DNA of 64,000 nt, taken from positions 177,074,001-177,138,000 of the forward strand of contig CM059425.1 in NCBI GenBank assembly GCA_030390025.1. The letters are read 5' to 3'. A program made the translations under genes and the position numbers. A model generated the notes under the pieces. It was not told the origin of the DNA and made no database searches. It worked only from the letters and a program-made list of their open reading frames with translations. Source of the DNA: Squalus acanthias. Lineage: Eukaryota. Positions within the stretch are counted from its first letter, which is position 1. Each line of letters starts with the position of its first letter. Below, in pieces: positions 1 through 15,003 of the stretch.

Positions 1-887
1 CTTTTGTTTCACAAAAGTGTCTGTTGTACAATTATAAATTGTTGTTGATCAAAACAAGTTTCAATTTTCATAACCAAATTAAAGAAATACACTTGCAAAG
101 TAGCAAAATACATTTTATTTCAAAAGAAGCAAACCTCAACCTAAGCCACTCTTTACCTGGTGCCTCACATTTGTAAATAATAAATTCAATTTTAAAGTAG
201 AACAATGACTCCCTGATGGTTCAGTGGGTAAATTCACCACTTGGTGTGATTGTGTTACAAATAGCATAAAGTCCAACTTTCAATCTCTGCTGATTTCAGT
301 TGGGTGCACTGATTTGCTTCAGCGCAGAGGGGCTTTTCTTTTGTAAGGGCTGCTGTGGAAAATCAGAGAGGAAATAACAAAATTCCTGCTCCGGTTTGGT
401 ATCCTGTGATCCCTGCTGGCAAGTTTACATGTATGGCTATCGGGTATGTTCAGTATTGGGGGTCAGCTGTTCTATCCATGGTCCAGCAGCTTTTTAACCA
501 TAACCGTAGAGGCTCACAAAAGGAAAGATCATTTGGATAAAGTATCAGAGACTTGCCACATCTGAGAAACTGTACCACAGAATAAGTCAGAAAATTTGAG
601 GGGAAAGAGAGAAAAAAGACTGAGGAACTAAACAAAAAGTACAAATAACTATAATAGTGGATTAGAACACACTATTCACAATCAGGGCACAGGAATTCAA
701 TCATTTTAGTTTCACAAAAAAGAAAATCTTGTCTTACTCACAGGCATCAAAAGGTCCCAAGTGAGCAAAGCTTGGGCTCTCCCAATCCAGTGAGGATAAA
801 TCCACAGAACATAACAATCCCAACATTTATGTACCACTGCTAAATCACTGTCATGATAGGCTGCAAAGTACTGGAGCAACTTGCTCA

Positions 888-1064
<177 letters not shown>

Positions 1065-1202
1065 CTAAAATATACCAGTAAGCATGCATCAAAGTGGTGC
1101 AAAAAGTTTGAGCATTTTACTTGTTTTGCTCATAGGTTACAAACAGACCAAATACTTCAGAATAATTACAATGGCCCTTCTTTTTGTGAGGTAGGGGGAT
1201 CA

Positions 1203-1555
1203 GAACATAAGAAATAGGAGCTGGAGTAGGCCAATTGGCCCTATGAGCCTGCCCCGCCATTCAATAAGATCATGGTTGATCTTCTACCTCAACTCCACCT
1301 TTCTGCACTCTCCCCATACCCCTTAATTCCCCAAAATTTATCGATCTCTGTCTTGAATATACTCAACGACTGAGCATCCACAGCTCTCTGGGGTAGAGAA
1401 TTCCAAAGATTCACAACCCTTTGAGTGAAGAAATTTCTCCTCATCTCAGTCCCAAATAGCCGACCCCTTATTCTGAGACTGTGACCCCGTGTTCTAGACT
1501 CCCCAGCCAGGGGAAACATTTTCTCAGCATTAACCCAGTCAAGCCCCTTAAGAAT
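1203..1555 (-). mobile_element. CR1 LINE 3' end
   Basis: MFPLAGESRTRGHSLRIRG...FFTQRVVNLWNSLP followed by the CR1 3' UTR and tail. Confidence 0.9.
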
Positions 1556-2450
1556 TTCAATTCACCTGAATCCAAGATTAAGTCACAGGTTTGAAATCAA
1601 TGCCCAGTATCATCTTTCTTGTATCCAAATTATATATAGGGTGTCTATACAAACAAGAACTGTTTAGTGTGCTCCGGTTTTTTTTTTTTTAAATATAGGA
1701 CAACAATCACAACAGAATTACTGAAAGTTGTGTTACTGCTGGTTTATCCAGCTTCAGTTGATTTGCAGGAAATTACACATTTGTAAGCTAGAATATAGAA
1801 ATCTCCACATAATTCACTGTAATTTCTTCTCAAAAGAAACACTACAATAATTAAGTTGTGCTTTTTTAGTCTTAAAAACAATTTTAGTCTCCTCTAGGTA
1901 TAAAAAGGGGCCCCAAATTCTTCCCCTCCCGCCCAGATTTCCCTCTTTCCTCGCCTCAACAGCGGTGTTAAGTTGCTTGTTCTGTCATTATCTGTTCAAA
2001 ACCCACCAAAAGATGTGATTGCTCCATGGGAATAATGAAGTGATAGTCCTTACTTGAGACTAGACTTCATTGAGACTAGACTTCAATCATTTTCTGATCT
2101 ATTAGATAAATTAGATTGCTGTGTACACACGCTAAAATATCTCAAGGAAGCAGTGAAAATGAACAGCATTTAGCCTTCAGTTACTTAAGAAGTGTAAAGA
2201 CCACATCAAATATACGAAATGCAGATTTATAAATATGAAGCTACACCAGTGTAGAAATTAAAGCTAAGACTGTGAAAGTGCAACAGAAAAAGGAGACATT
2301 CCAAGCCCCAAATTGCACTGAACTCAACTCAAAATTACTTGTAGATCCCTGTAAGGAATATTCAAGAAGCTTCTACTCTGACCTATGGAGTAGTCACCAC
2401 TGAATAAAGAATTGGGTTCATATCGAGATGCTTTGCATAGTCCAACTAAC

Positions 2451-2518
2451 CTTTGATTGACTGTATGGGATTCCCAGATGTGATGAACCCCTGAATCCAC
2501 AGCGGTACAGATTGGATT
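2451..2518 (-). CDS. PGGT1B: PGGT1B exon 3 (KSNLYRCGFRGSSHLGIPYSQSK)
   Basis: ttttcag|AATCC...TCAAAG|gttagt, 68 nt. CGFRGS motif; phase consistent with exons 2 and 4. Confidence 0.96.
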
Positions 2519-3639
2519 CTGAAAAGCAAAATAATTTGTTAATATACACTAAAATAAAGCACGAGTTTCATTTTAAACCTTTTAAATGTAAGCATCTCTG
2601 AAGTCACTGCTAAACAAGAACAGCAATTAAGTTTTCAAACACATCTAATTGTTTGCAACTCAAATGCCATAACAAATTTTACATATTATGTAAATTTAAA
2701 ATGTTGAAAAGACTGAGTTTAAAAAGAAAAATCAGAAAAGTTTTCAGACACATAAAACAACATTGATTTTTTTCAGTGTACTATATCTCACTTATATTCT
2801 TTTCTTTTAATATATTAGCAGAACTCTACAGCATGGCTTACAAGTAGTCTACTACAAATCTGGCCTGCCCCTTTAATAACACGGTTCATGTACTCCCTGA
2901 GAGAATACAGGCAATTGTAGCAGAGATCAATTAGAGGTGTAAATGTCAGTCTCTGGGCTTTCCTTCTCTTTTTGTTAAGATTGTGCTTCATCTGTCCCAG
3001 TGTGACGGACAAGCAGTAGACGCAAGATTCTTCTAACTCTTCTCTTAAAGGCACTGATTCGTGCTGGGTTATAGTTCCTAGGTGCTGGTTACCTTCCAAT
3101 GTCTTCTCCAAGTGGCCATTCTTCATGTGTGAGCAAGCAACTTTTCAGCACAGGGTGCATCGCAATTGAGCTGGTTTCTGTTCTCATTAGACATCCACAA
3201 AAGTCCCCTTTCCAGGAGGGACCGCTCGTTGGCTAATCTAGGGTGCTGAAACCAACTGCAGCGCTTCTACAGCCGCTTAACTCCGTTGTTTCAGATCAGT
3301 TTAGCAGTCATCCCTGTGCACCACTCTTGGATATTCCAACTTTCTCTCAGATTCTCTCTGCCCCCTGCTATTCCTCCATGGATATTATTACAGCATCAAA
3401 ATTAAATCAGCTGCTAAGGGCTCCGGGAGGCCTCATCTTGGAACTTTGCATCACCCTCAGCGCCTCTTTTAGATTTTCATACAACACATTGTTTCCTGAT
3501 AGACAGGGATGGCAGATAACCTGACAGCTCCCCACCAATAAGGCTCAAAGTATCTGCTATTAGCACGCCACTGCAGTTCACCCTTGAGGGAAGCAATTGG
3601 CCCTAGCATACCATTTTTCCCAACAAAGATCAGAAACAA

Positions 3640-5010
3640 ACAAAAATCAATTATTTATATAGCACCTTTAATGTAGTAAAAATGTCCCAAGGTGCTTCAT
3701 AGGAGCGCTATCAAAACCAAATTTGGCACTGAGCCACATAATGTTATTCGGACAGATGACCAAAAGCTTGGCTAAAGAGGTAGAGTTTAAGGAACGTCTT
3801 AAAAGGAGGAGGGAGGGGTAAAGAGGCAGAGATTTTAGGGAGGGAACTTCAGGACCGAGACAGCTGAAGGCAGGGCCGCCAATGGTGGAGCAATAAGTGG
3901 TCAGAATTGGAGGAAGGCAGATTTCTCGGAGGGTTGTGGGGCTAGAAGTGGTTACAGAGATAGGGAGGGGCGAGGCCATGGAGGGATTTGAAAACAAGGA
4001 TGAGAATTTTAAAAATCGAGGTGTTGCTGGACCGAGAGCCAATGTAGGTCAGCGAGCACAGTGGTGATGAGTGAACGAGACTTGGTGCGAGTTAGGATAC
4101 AGGCAGCAGAGTTTTGGATGAGCTTAAGTTTATGGAGGGTGGAAGATGGGAGGCCGGCTAGGAGAGCATTGTCAAGTATGGATGAGTGTTTCAGCAGCAG
4201 ATGAACCGAGGCGGGGCAGAGTCGGGCAATGTTACGGAGGTGGAAGTATGCGGTCTTGGTGATGGAGTGGATGTGGTCGGAAGCTCATCTCGGGGTCAAA
4301 TACGACACCAAGGTTGCGAACGGTCTGGTTCAGCCTCAGACAGTTGCCAGGGAGAGAGATGAAGTCGGTGGCTAGGGACCAAAGTCTATGGCGGGGACCA
4401 AAGACAATGGCTTCGGTCTTCCCAATATTTAGTTGGAGGAAATTTCTGCTCATCCAGTACTGGATGTCGGACAAGCAGTCTGACAATTTAGAGACAGTGG
4501 AGGGTCGAGAGAGGTGGTGGTGAGGTAGAGCTGGGTTTCGTCAGCGTACATGTGGAACCCCACGTGTTTTTGGGTGATGTCGCAGAGGGGCAGCATGTAG
4601 ATGAGAAAAAGGAGGGGGCCAAGGATAGATCCTTGGGGGACTCCAGAGTAACAGTGGGAGCGGGAAGAGAAGCCATTGCAGGCGAGTCTCTGGCTACGAG
4701 TTCAGGGCTAGGGCAGGGGGGGAACCTTAGGGAAGTTTAGCCCGGTGGGCTAGTGGAAGGGAGGGAAGTGGCAGAGGCAGCTAAAAGGATGGTCTTAATC
4801 TTAGTGACAAAGAAGTCCATGAGCTCCTCGCACTTGTTGTGGGAGGCAAGGGTGGAGGAGGCAGGAGAAGAGGGGTTTAAGATGACAGTTTGCAGTGGAG
4901 AAGCCAGGGGTTACCTTGCATTCAAGGATGATCCTGGAATAGTGAGCAGTTTTGGCAGAGGACAGCAGGACCCAACAGTGCTTTATGTGGTTCAGCCAGA
5001 TCTGGCGATG
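3640..5010 (-). mobile_element. L2-like LINE fragment
   Basis: CLSDIQYWMSRNFLQLNIGKTEAIVFG...VRNLGVVFD; tail read on plus as atttatatagcacctttaatg. Confidence 0.85.
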
Positions 5011-7329
5011 AAACCACAAACCTACAATCTATCCTCAGCAGCAATGCTGAACCACCAATACACAGTCAAGTATTTTGTTAATATAAAACTCACTATTTAA
5101 CAAAATTTTCAAGTCATATGCAGTGGATACCAAGACTGCAGGTCACATTCTTTTGCCCCCGCTCGCCACAAAATCTGGTTAAGTGTCCTCTCTGTACATA
5201 TCTAGAAAGCCTCAAATGATTAATACACAAAATAATTTTTTTAAATGCAGATCAATTTTCTCTGAGGAATCACCAAACACTACACCTCAAGTTCCCTCCT
5301 GTTTAATGAAGCTTAGCATAAAATTAATTTCCAGTCAGATCTCCAAAACAGATGAATTTCTTTACAAGCTAGAGCAAGCCAAGAGTAGCATATTATCAAC
5401 ATGCATACCACATGTGAAATATTGTTCCACCACGCTGCAAGGGCACACTGTTCTATCTCAACAGTGCCATCTAATGGCATGCTGTATGTACCTCTTTTCC
5501 AGACATGCTAAAGCTTTTGTTTGCATAACAGCCTTCATTTATTAGAACTGTGTGTGAAATCTACTCAGTAATGTTCTATCTGACTTGTTGAATGTACAGC
5601 AAGGAAAAAAGCAATTGGGTAACAGACATTAGAGGGGGCACATTTTTATTGCTTCGATTATTTCCCAATCTTTGAAATTAGTTTTTTGGAATGTGCAATT
5701 TTGGATTACAACCGTACATTATTGCATATTTGTTTTAATTCATATAATATTCAGCAAACTCAACACACCTAATAAAACACATGAACAGCAATTTCAGCAT
5801 CTAATGCCTCAATATTTCACAAGGTTGAGATTAAGGTGAGGATCATGATGTTCATTTAACTTCCTGAATGATGGATAGAAAATCCAAACACTATATTACC
5901 CCAAACACACAAGATACAAACCGGCAAAGGGCTCAGGTGGCATCACCAGTTTAGGTTATTCACAGGCTATATATTGTGGCAAAGTAGGCTGCTTTACAAC
6001 ACATTTGTTCCCAAACAGATGAAGTAGCTTTAATACATTTATGAAAATAAAATGCAAGGTGGTATAAAAAGTGTATTTCCCACACTATAGATTTAATGAA
6101 AAAATAAGTAAGGAGGGAAAGCAAAGCATCATTCTTGGATACTAATGAATTTCCATTCCTGGGCAGATCAGAGCAGCACAGGTTGTCTACAAATTCTCTT
6201 GGACAGATATGGTTCATAGTCTGGAGAAAATTGTGGGGGTGGGGTGACACCCTCACAAACATGTATATAAAAAAAGCTGCTCCAGTATTCTAGCAATTCT
6301 AATACAATTAGCACTTTATTTAAAGTACCTCTATCTCGCTGCACATAAACAGTACTAATCACTCTCCCCAAGTGGTGAGCTCAAGTGTATGCCAAATACT
6401 TTTCAAAAGAGACAATAATAGATGGGTGCTAATAAAGTGCAGGAAAAAGATACCGTTGCCAGAAATGGGAAATATTGTTTCAATTTCCATAGACTGTCAC
6501 TTTATTGACCATCCATTCAGATAAGAAAACCTTTCTGGGTAACGCCCAAGTTTATCCCCTTTTTAAAATGAGAAAGACAACAAATGGATGGCTTACATTG
6601 TATGAACAAAAACAATCAATACAAATTGGGCGTAAAACTGGTACCTTGAGAGCATTCAGCCATTCGCCGTAACTCCTATCATTAAACACGTACAAGTTTC
6701 TCTTTCTGGAACGAAAATCTTGCTCAATTACTTTTATTGATTTTGTACGGATTAGGTGTCACTTCTTCCCTCAAACAAGGTTTTCCATCTTTGCAATTCC
6801 AATAAGCCTGCTGTCTACTAACTTTTAAATGCCAAAACAAAATCAATACGATCCCATCCACAAGCTGCAGGGAAAAGGGCAGATTTCGTGAAATATGATA
6901 AAACTAGGTAATTGAAGTAACTGGCATAGGAGAATGGATTATCTTTCCAAGCAGGGAAACCAGTCAGTTGACAATTTAATTTTTTTTGTAATTAAAAAGG
7001 AAGATTTCAAGTACCTCATTTAAATGGCATTTTTGCTCTGGCTTCTTCAGATGAGACCGATAACTAAAGACAATGCTTACAATTATCTGAAGGATTCGAA
7101 CTACCAGGATCGCTTACACTTGTTTATAGGTCATTATAGTTACATATTTCAAGTCACAGTACCCAAAGGAGGAGCAGTATTCAGTTCTTAATAATATGAA
7201 ATGAAGATCACACCATATGTACGCATAATATTTTATTTAAACTCACCATTAAGAAAAAAAGTACTTAAGGTTGTGAAAGTTTCAAAAAGTTGTGAACAAT
7301 TCAAAAATGTAATAGATCATCCTGTACAC

Positions 7330-8003
7330 TACATAGGAACAGGAGTAGGCCATTCAGTCCCTCGAGCCTGTTCCGCCATTCAATGAGATCATGGCTGATC
7401 TGTGACCTAACTCTAGATACCTGCCTTTGGCCCATATCCCTTCATACCTTTGGTTAACAAAAAGCTATCAATCTCCGATTTAAAATTAACAATTGATCTA
7501 GCATCAATTGCCATTTGCGGAAGAGTGTTCCAAATTTCTACCACCCTTTGTGTGTAGAAGTGTTTCCTAATTTCACTCCTGAAAAGTCTGGCTCTAATTT
7601 TTAGACTATACCCCCAGTCCTAGAATCCCCAACCAGCGGGAATAGTTTCTCTATCTACCCTATCTGTTCCCCTTAATATCTCGAAAACTTTGATCAGGTC
7701 ACCCCTTAACCTTCTAAATTTTAGGGAATACAACCCTAATTTGTGTAATCTCTTCTCGTAATTTAACCCCTGAAGTCTGGGTATCATTCTGGTAAACCTA
7801 CACTGCACTCCCTGCAAGGCCAATATATCCTTCCGAAGGTGTGGTGCCCAGAACTGCTCACAGTACTCCAGGTGTGGTCTAACCAGGGATTTGTATAGCT
7901 GTAGCATTACTTCTACCCCCTTGTATTCTGGAGGCCAGCATTCCATGACCCTTTTTGATTATTTTCTGTACCTGTTCATGACATTTTAATGATCTATGTA
8001 CCT
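7330..8003 (-). mobile_element. CR1 LINE 3' fragment
   Basis: LYKSLVRPHLEYCEQFWAPHLRKDI...RRLRGDLI. Confidence 0.9.
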
Positions 8004-8254
8004 GCAAGTTTTTCCAATTAAAAAAATTTAAATCCAGGTCAACATTCAGTGTTACAAGTCTGTGAATTTTTAAATCTCTTGGCATACAATTCCCAGTTTA
8101 AAAAATACTAGAGATGAGAAAAACACTACAGAATCTGTGTGTGCACGTTAAAAAAAACTAAATCAATACCATAATATATTTATTTTGGAATCAGCACAGG
8201 TTAACAAGGATGTCATTTTTCTGCTGGAAAACAAATAAAAACGGAATTTTCTTT

Positions 8255-10815
8255 CACTCCTTTCTTCACTCCTTGTCCAATGGGCGCAGACTTGAGTGCA
8301 TCTTGCACACAACTGGTTTAGCCATCCATCGTGAGATCTGGCTAGACTACATCAAGTGCTATTGGGCCTCACTTGCCTCTGACAAAACTGCCCACTACTC
8401 CAGGATCATCCTGGAGGCCAAACATAACCTCTGGGTACTTCCACTATCAACCATCTCTTTAAATCCCTTCACCTCCACTCTCACTTTCAACAAATCATAG
8501 AAATTTACGGCACAGAAGGAGGCCATTCGGCCCATCGTGTCTGTGCCGGTCAAAAAAGAGCTACCCAGCCTAATCCCACTTTCCAGCTCTTGGTCTGTAG
8601 CCTTGCAGGTTAAACCCCCTCAAGTGCATATCCAAGTACTTTTTAAATGTGATGAGCGTTTCTGCCTCTACCACCCTTTCAGGCAGTGCGTTCTAGACCT
8701 CCACCACCCTCTGGGTGAAAAACTTTTTCAACTCCCCTCTAATCCTTCTACCAATTAATTGCCCCCTGGTTATTGACCTCTCTGCTAAGGGAAATTGGTG
8801 CTTCCTATCCACTCGATCTAGGCTCCTCATAATTTTATACACCTCAATTAAGTCTCCCCTAAGCCTCCTCTGTTCCAAAGAAAACATCCCCAGCCTATCC
8901 AATCTTTCCTCATAGCTAAAATTCTCCAGTCCTGGCAACATCCTCGTAAATCTCCTCTGTACCCTCTCTAGTGCAATGACATCTTACCTGTAATGTGGTG
9001 ACCAGAACTGTGCACAGTACTCTAGCTGTGGCCTAGCTAGTGTTTTATACAGTTCTAGCATAAGCTCTTTCCTTTATTAGCCGATGCATAGAATATAAGA
9101 GCAAAATATCCCATATGACTTCTTAACCACCTTATCTACCTGTCCTGCTACCTTCAGGGATCTGTGGACATGCACTCCAAGGTCCCTTTATTCCTCTGCA
9201 ATTCTCAGTATCCTACCATTTATTGTGTATTCCCTTGCCTGGTTAGCCCTCCCCAAATGCCTTACCTCACACTTCTCCAGATTGAATACCATTTGCCACT
9301 TTTCTGCCCACCTGACCAGTCCATTGATACCTTCCTGCAGTCTACAGCTATCTACCTTCCTGCAGTCTACAGCTATCTTCCTCACTATCAACCACACAGC
9401 AATTTTTGTATCATCTGCAAACTTCTTACATTGTAAATGACTCCCTCACCAAGTTTTGTCTCCTTTTCTTTCAAAACTGCTATCCCCACCCCGTCTCAAA
9501 AATCTCATCCTCAAACCCTCTGTCCTTGCAGACTACCGCCCATTTCCATCTTCCCATTCCTCTCCAAAGTCCTTGTCCATGCCTCTATCTCCCAAATCTC
9601 CTTATGCATCTCTGCAATCAGGTTTCCACTCCAATACAGCACAACCAAAGTCAAAGACACAAACGACATTTTCCATAACTGTGATGCATTATTTCTCCTC
9701 TCTGCATCCTTTAACATGGTCGACCACACAATTCTCCTTCAAGGGTCTATCCTTGACCCCTCCTCTTCCTAATCTGCATGGGAAATGTTTGCATTTAGAG
9801 GGACCTGGGTGTGCTTGTACATGAATCTCAAAGTTAACATGCAAGTACAGCAAGCATTTAGGAAAGGAAATGGTATGTTAGCTTTTGTTACAAAGGGATT
9901 AGAGTTACAAAGGGATTAGAGTATAAGAGTAAAGAAATCTTACTACAATTATACAGGGCATTGGTGAGGCTACACCTGGAGTAGTGTGCGCAATTCTGGT
10001 CTCCTTACCCAAGGAAAGACATACATGCCTTAGGAGGGAGTGCAACGAAGGTTCACTAGACTGGTTCCTGGGATGAGGGGAATGCCCTGAGGAGAGATTG
10101 AGTAGACTAGGCCTATATTCCCTAGAGTTTAGAAGAATGAGAGGTGATCTAATTGAAACATATAAATTTCTTAAGGAGCTTGACTAGGTTAATGCGGAGA
10201 AAATGTTTCCCCTGGCTGGTGAATCTAGAACACGGGTTCACAGCTTCAGAATAAGGGGATGGCCATTTAGGACTGAGATGAGGAGAAATTTCTTCACTCA
10301 AAAAGAGTTGTGAATCTTTGGAATTCTCTACCCCAGAGAGCTGTGGATGCTCAGTCATTGAGTATATTCAAGACAGAGGTCGATAAATTTTTGGGAACTA
10401 AGGGATATGGGGATAGTGTGGGAGTTGAGGTAGATCAGCCATGATCTTGTTGAATGGCAGAGCAGACTTGAAAAGCCAAATGGCCTACTCCAGCTCCTAT
10501 TTCTTATGTTCCCCTTGGTGACATCATCCGCAGACCGCCTGTGTGTTTTCAGACTGCTTGACCGACATCTAGTCTTGGATGAGCCGAGCAGCAATTTCCT
10601 CTAGTTAAACAGTGGGAAGACCAAAGCCATCATCTTCAGCCCCTGCCACAAACTCTGTACCTCGCTACCGATTCCATCCCTCTCCCTGGCCAATGTCTCA
10701 GGCTGAACCAGATTATTTTCAATCTCCAAATCCTATTCAAACCTTAGCTGACCTAACAAACCCCATATACTCTCCATCACAAAGACCACCTATTTTCACC
10801 TCCATAACGTTACCT
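8255..10815. mobile_element. L2-like LINE (+) interrupted by CR1 fragments (~8497-9425 minus; ~9775-10510 plus)
   Basis: L2-type segments at ~8255-8495, 9436-9770 and 10510-10815 alternate with CR1 RT C-terminal and 3' UTR segments. Confidence 0.75.
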
Positions 10816-11008
10816 GCCTGGGTTATGGTCTTTTATATGGTAGCAGCAGGCGTCAATGCAGATGGTGATCGTCAGTGCACTCCATACTCCAGTGTGACGA
10901 CACTAACAATTGTAATATTATTGAAGGCTTTATCTAGAAATAGTTTACAGTTGAATGTTGGGAGATTCTGCATCCCGGATAAATTAATTGCAGATTAATA
11001 AACATGTA

Positions 11009-11318
11009 CAGGTTGAGCGTCCCGAATCTGGCAACCTCGGGAGCGAGGCTGAGCCGGTTTTCGGGTTTTTCCGAACTTCGGAACGTGTTTCTGATGTCCA
11101 AAGTCAGGAAACGCCCGAGCCCAGGTTGCGATATTTCTGGACTTTGGACATCAGAAACACGTGCCGAGTCCGGAAATGCCTGGGCCCAGGTTGCGCTATT
11201 TCCGGTTTTTGGTAAGCCTCCCTCAGGGTGTCCGAATTCCAGAACATTTTACGGATTCCGAACCCCTGCCACCAATCGTCCCGGAGTCCGGATCTCCGGA
11301 TTTGGGACGCTCAACCTG
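11009..11318. mobile_element. Tc1/mariner (Tigger/pogo-type) MITE
   Basis: 23-bp TIRs CAGGTTGAGCGTCCCGAATCTGG / CCGGATTTGGGACGCTCAACCTG (21/23); TA TSD; internal palindrome at ~11085-11160. Confidence 0.88.
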
Positions 11319-11631
11319 TACTTGATAAAATAATTAGGCCTGCATTTGTAAAATAACTGTATAATCCACTCCACTATGCACTTAAGATAATAGAGTCTTC
11401 TTTCTCACTGCCAGTAACAAAGAATTAACTGCATCCTGTATTAGAACACTTCTAATATGAACCGAATTCTATCTATTTATTGGACAAAGTTGATATGATT
11501 TTTATTCCATTCACAAGGTATAAGTTACACAATTGAAATTGACAAGAAGCTTGAACAAATATAGAGTGAAAACAGATACAATGCTTTGATATTTTTAAGA
11601 CAATAACTCCAAGATCAAAAACAAAAACTCA

Positions 11632-11829
<198 letters not shown>

Positions 11830-11931
11830 TTATATAACGTACACACAGTAAACTATCATACACTATTTGAGAACAAGGGAAATACTCTTCATTGTAAAGT
11901 GCACAGCAAGAGTCACATTCACAAAGATGAT

Positions 11932-12836
11932 GAGGCAGAATTTGCGGTCAGTATGATGGCATACTTGAGTACACCGCCATACCGCCTTTGAAATTGATCG
12001 GAAGTTTGGGATTTCCGCATGTGCTAAATCTCAAACTTGTGATCTGTCAAGTTCCGACTTGGCAGATCATCCGCTGCGCCTGTGAAATCCTCCTTGCTGG
12101 CGCAGAGTTGGGCTAATTGCCCACCAACTGCCCAGCAATTACATGAAAATTTTACGGCTGGTGCAAACAGGCGCAGGAACCTGTTTGCACAGCTTAAGGG
12201 GAAAGGGGGAGGGTGGTGGTGGAGGTAGTTGTCCATACTGTTTTAATATTCAACATAGCTTTGCATTGCCATACAAACACCGCCATTACTTTGCATTGTT
12301 CTCACTCTGCTGTCCATCACTCTGATTACAAATTATTTCCAGCCACCAGACCTTTTGCATAATAAAGTAATTGGATATTGTTGAAACAAGATTTGCTGCC
12401 TGATATTTCTTTGCTGTAGCTTGCTTTGAATAATTGTTGCATTCATTCATTTCACTAAGTAAAACTGGACAGATCCTCGAAAAGGATCTGTGTTTACTTT
12501 ACAAAAATATTCCTTGCCAGTTTAGCTTGAGTGTTATAATGATCATATTGGGAGCGATAAGTCATCAATTCAAATCAATATTTACACTTTCATTTAAAAT
12601 TTGATTTGACGTCAGGCATTGGAACTTTGTTTCCTGATTGGCGCACCGCCTCACGTGATCCCAGGTACGCTTACGCACACGGTGCGCCCGTGATCCGTGG
12701 GCCACTACGCTGTGCTCAACTCTGCAGCGAAACAATGCAAGTTTCCAAAGGGGGCCCCGCACCAGGTAAGTGCGGATTTCTTTCGGAGGTCGGCGGTGTC
12801 CTCCTTAGTTACGCCGCCAACCGCAATTTCAGGGCT
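11932..12836. mobile_element. Older Harbinger-type MITE
   Basis: Degenerate TIRs ..GAATTTGCGGT / ACCGCAATTTCAGGGC. Left end resembles the 21814/46224 family; interior differs. Confidence 0.6.
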
Positions 12837-13851
12837 GCTGTCTTGCAGTATGCTACGTGCAATGCACTGGAAATCCTCACGATGATTTTAAAAAATCTGC
12901 ACGTCAGCTGAATAATTTCCAACTGATTCACTGACACTGGCAGATAATTCATAAAGTCTCTTCTCTATACAATGCAGCACTAATTACCATGACATATGCA
13001 ATTAATGTAAACAGATCTAAATTATTGAAAAAATGTGATTTTGTCAGTGAGTTGAACTAAAGATTAAAACTAAAGTTTGTAGAATGGATTTCTTCTGTAA
13101 AATATTTTTTTTTATAAAAAGGTGAATTTCCCCCAAGGGAATTCAGGGTGCTCAGAGTTTTAAAATTTCACAGTCTATATTAAATAAGTCGTCTTACAAT
13201 GCATCAGCTGTTTTATTCTACCAGAACATGAGGCTTAAGATCTCAACAGACTTCTCTATCAGGCATATTCTACATGGAGATAGTATACTTTATTCGCCAC
13301 TTTCAAAATTGTGATTAGACCCACATGAAACCACTCTTGCCTGGCAGATGATTTATTCAATGGCCATTCCTGGATTAGTATCCTAGAAGATACCCTAGCT
13401 ATCCTCAGCTGGGAATTGCGTGCGAGATAAGGATGCCTAAAAGCATGGAACGGATGAAAATGTAAAAATATAGAAAAAAGGTACGGGGTACTAACTGGAA
13501 TTCAGTGCTAATTATTGAGTCAAAAGCTCCTGAATGTATGATTATGCTGTTCTTCAATTCAGATTTCACTGTAATGCATTGCAGCTTTTTTTAAACACTA
13601 CAAACTGACAGATGAAAACAAACCAAAAAAATGGTAAATGATAAGCTCTGCATTCTGTTCTCTACTTAAGCCTCTTGTGCCGATGCTATACAGCAGGTTC
13701 CAGCCTTAAAATATGCAAGTCATCAGCATTTAATGATACTGCTGGCTTGACATGATTCTTGAATTAGCAGAGCAATGTGCACCTGTACTTAAGTGCATGC
13801 ATGGTATTCTAACAGGTGTCCAAATGCAGATGAATTTTTTAATATTAAAGA

Positions 13852-14276
13852 AAGAACTTGCATTTATATAGCGCCTTTCACGACCTTAGGACATCCCAAA
13901 GCGCTTTACAGCCAATGAAGTACTTTTGATGTGTAGTTACTATTGTAATGTAGGAAACACAGCAGCCAATTTGCACAGCAAGGTTCCACAAACAGCAATG
14001 AAATAAATGACCAAATCATTTGTTTTTAAAGGTGTTGGTTGAGGACACCAGGAGAACGCCCCTGCTCTTCTTCGAATAGTGCTGTGGGTTCTTTTATGTC
14101 CACCTGAAATGGCAGACGGGGTCTTGGTTTAACGTCTCATCTCCGACAGTGCAGTATTACCCCAGTTTTGCACTGAAGTGCCAGCTGAGATTATGTGCTC
14201 CAGTCTCTGGAGTAGGGCTTGAATCCACAACCTTCTGACTCAGAAGTTAAAGTGCTACCACTGAGCCAAGGCCGAC
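13852..14276 (-). mobile_element. SacSINE1/Deu-like tRNA-derived SINE
   Basis: Minus-strand head TGGCTCAGTGGTAGCAC...GGATTCAAGCCC and L2-like tail. Homologous to 36400-36844 and 62150-62545. Confidence 0.75.
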
Positions 14277-14809
14277 ACAAATACTAGTGAGGAATAGACT
14301 GTCCTGTCTGGCCTATGTGACTCCAGTCCCCCAGCAATGTGGTTGACAAGCCACTCAGTTGTATCAAACTACTACCAGTGGTTGAAAGCGGCAGCCCACC
14401 ATCAGCTTCTTGGGTCAACTCAGGATGGACAATAAATGCCAGCTTTGCCAGCGGTCACATCCCTAGAATTTATTTAAAAATCAGTTGTGTATAGCGAAAT
14501 CACACACATTCTTTATAATTCTTTACAATTTCACGACTCAATCGGGCAGAGAAAATATCTTATCCCTAGATAATGCCTCCAACTACAGAAAGAAGCAAGC
14601 CTAATTTTCTTCTTCCTTCCCCATATGGTAACTTCTCCAATGACTCAGCCAAGATTAAAAACTTGCCACCCTGGAAATGAGAGGCGCATCACATTCCCCA
14701 CTATTTCTGTAATGTTAATGCACTGTGTCAGGTTAATTCAGTAAACGTCCCAACAGCGGCTATGGTATCTATACCTTTGCTGGCGATGCCAAATCATTTT
14801 AATACAGAC

Positions 14810-15003
14810 TGTGGTAACACAATACAGCTTCCTGTGACTCGAACTTTATTGCATCACTTCCTGTGATTAGTCCAGGATAAATACTGGACTGAGCAGTTGG
14901 ATCCTGGAGAGGCATAGAGTAAGACCTCTTTTGTATGTAGCACCTTTTTAGTTGATTAAAGCTTACTTTAAGTTCACCACGCGTAAGGCTCATTCTTACG
15001 ACA
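14810..15003 (+). repeat. 5' LTR
   Basis: TGTGGTAAC...TTACGACA; direct repeat of 19495-19688; contains ATTAAA at 14955-14960. Confidence 0.97.
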
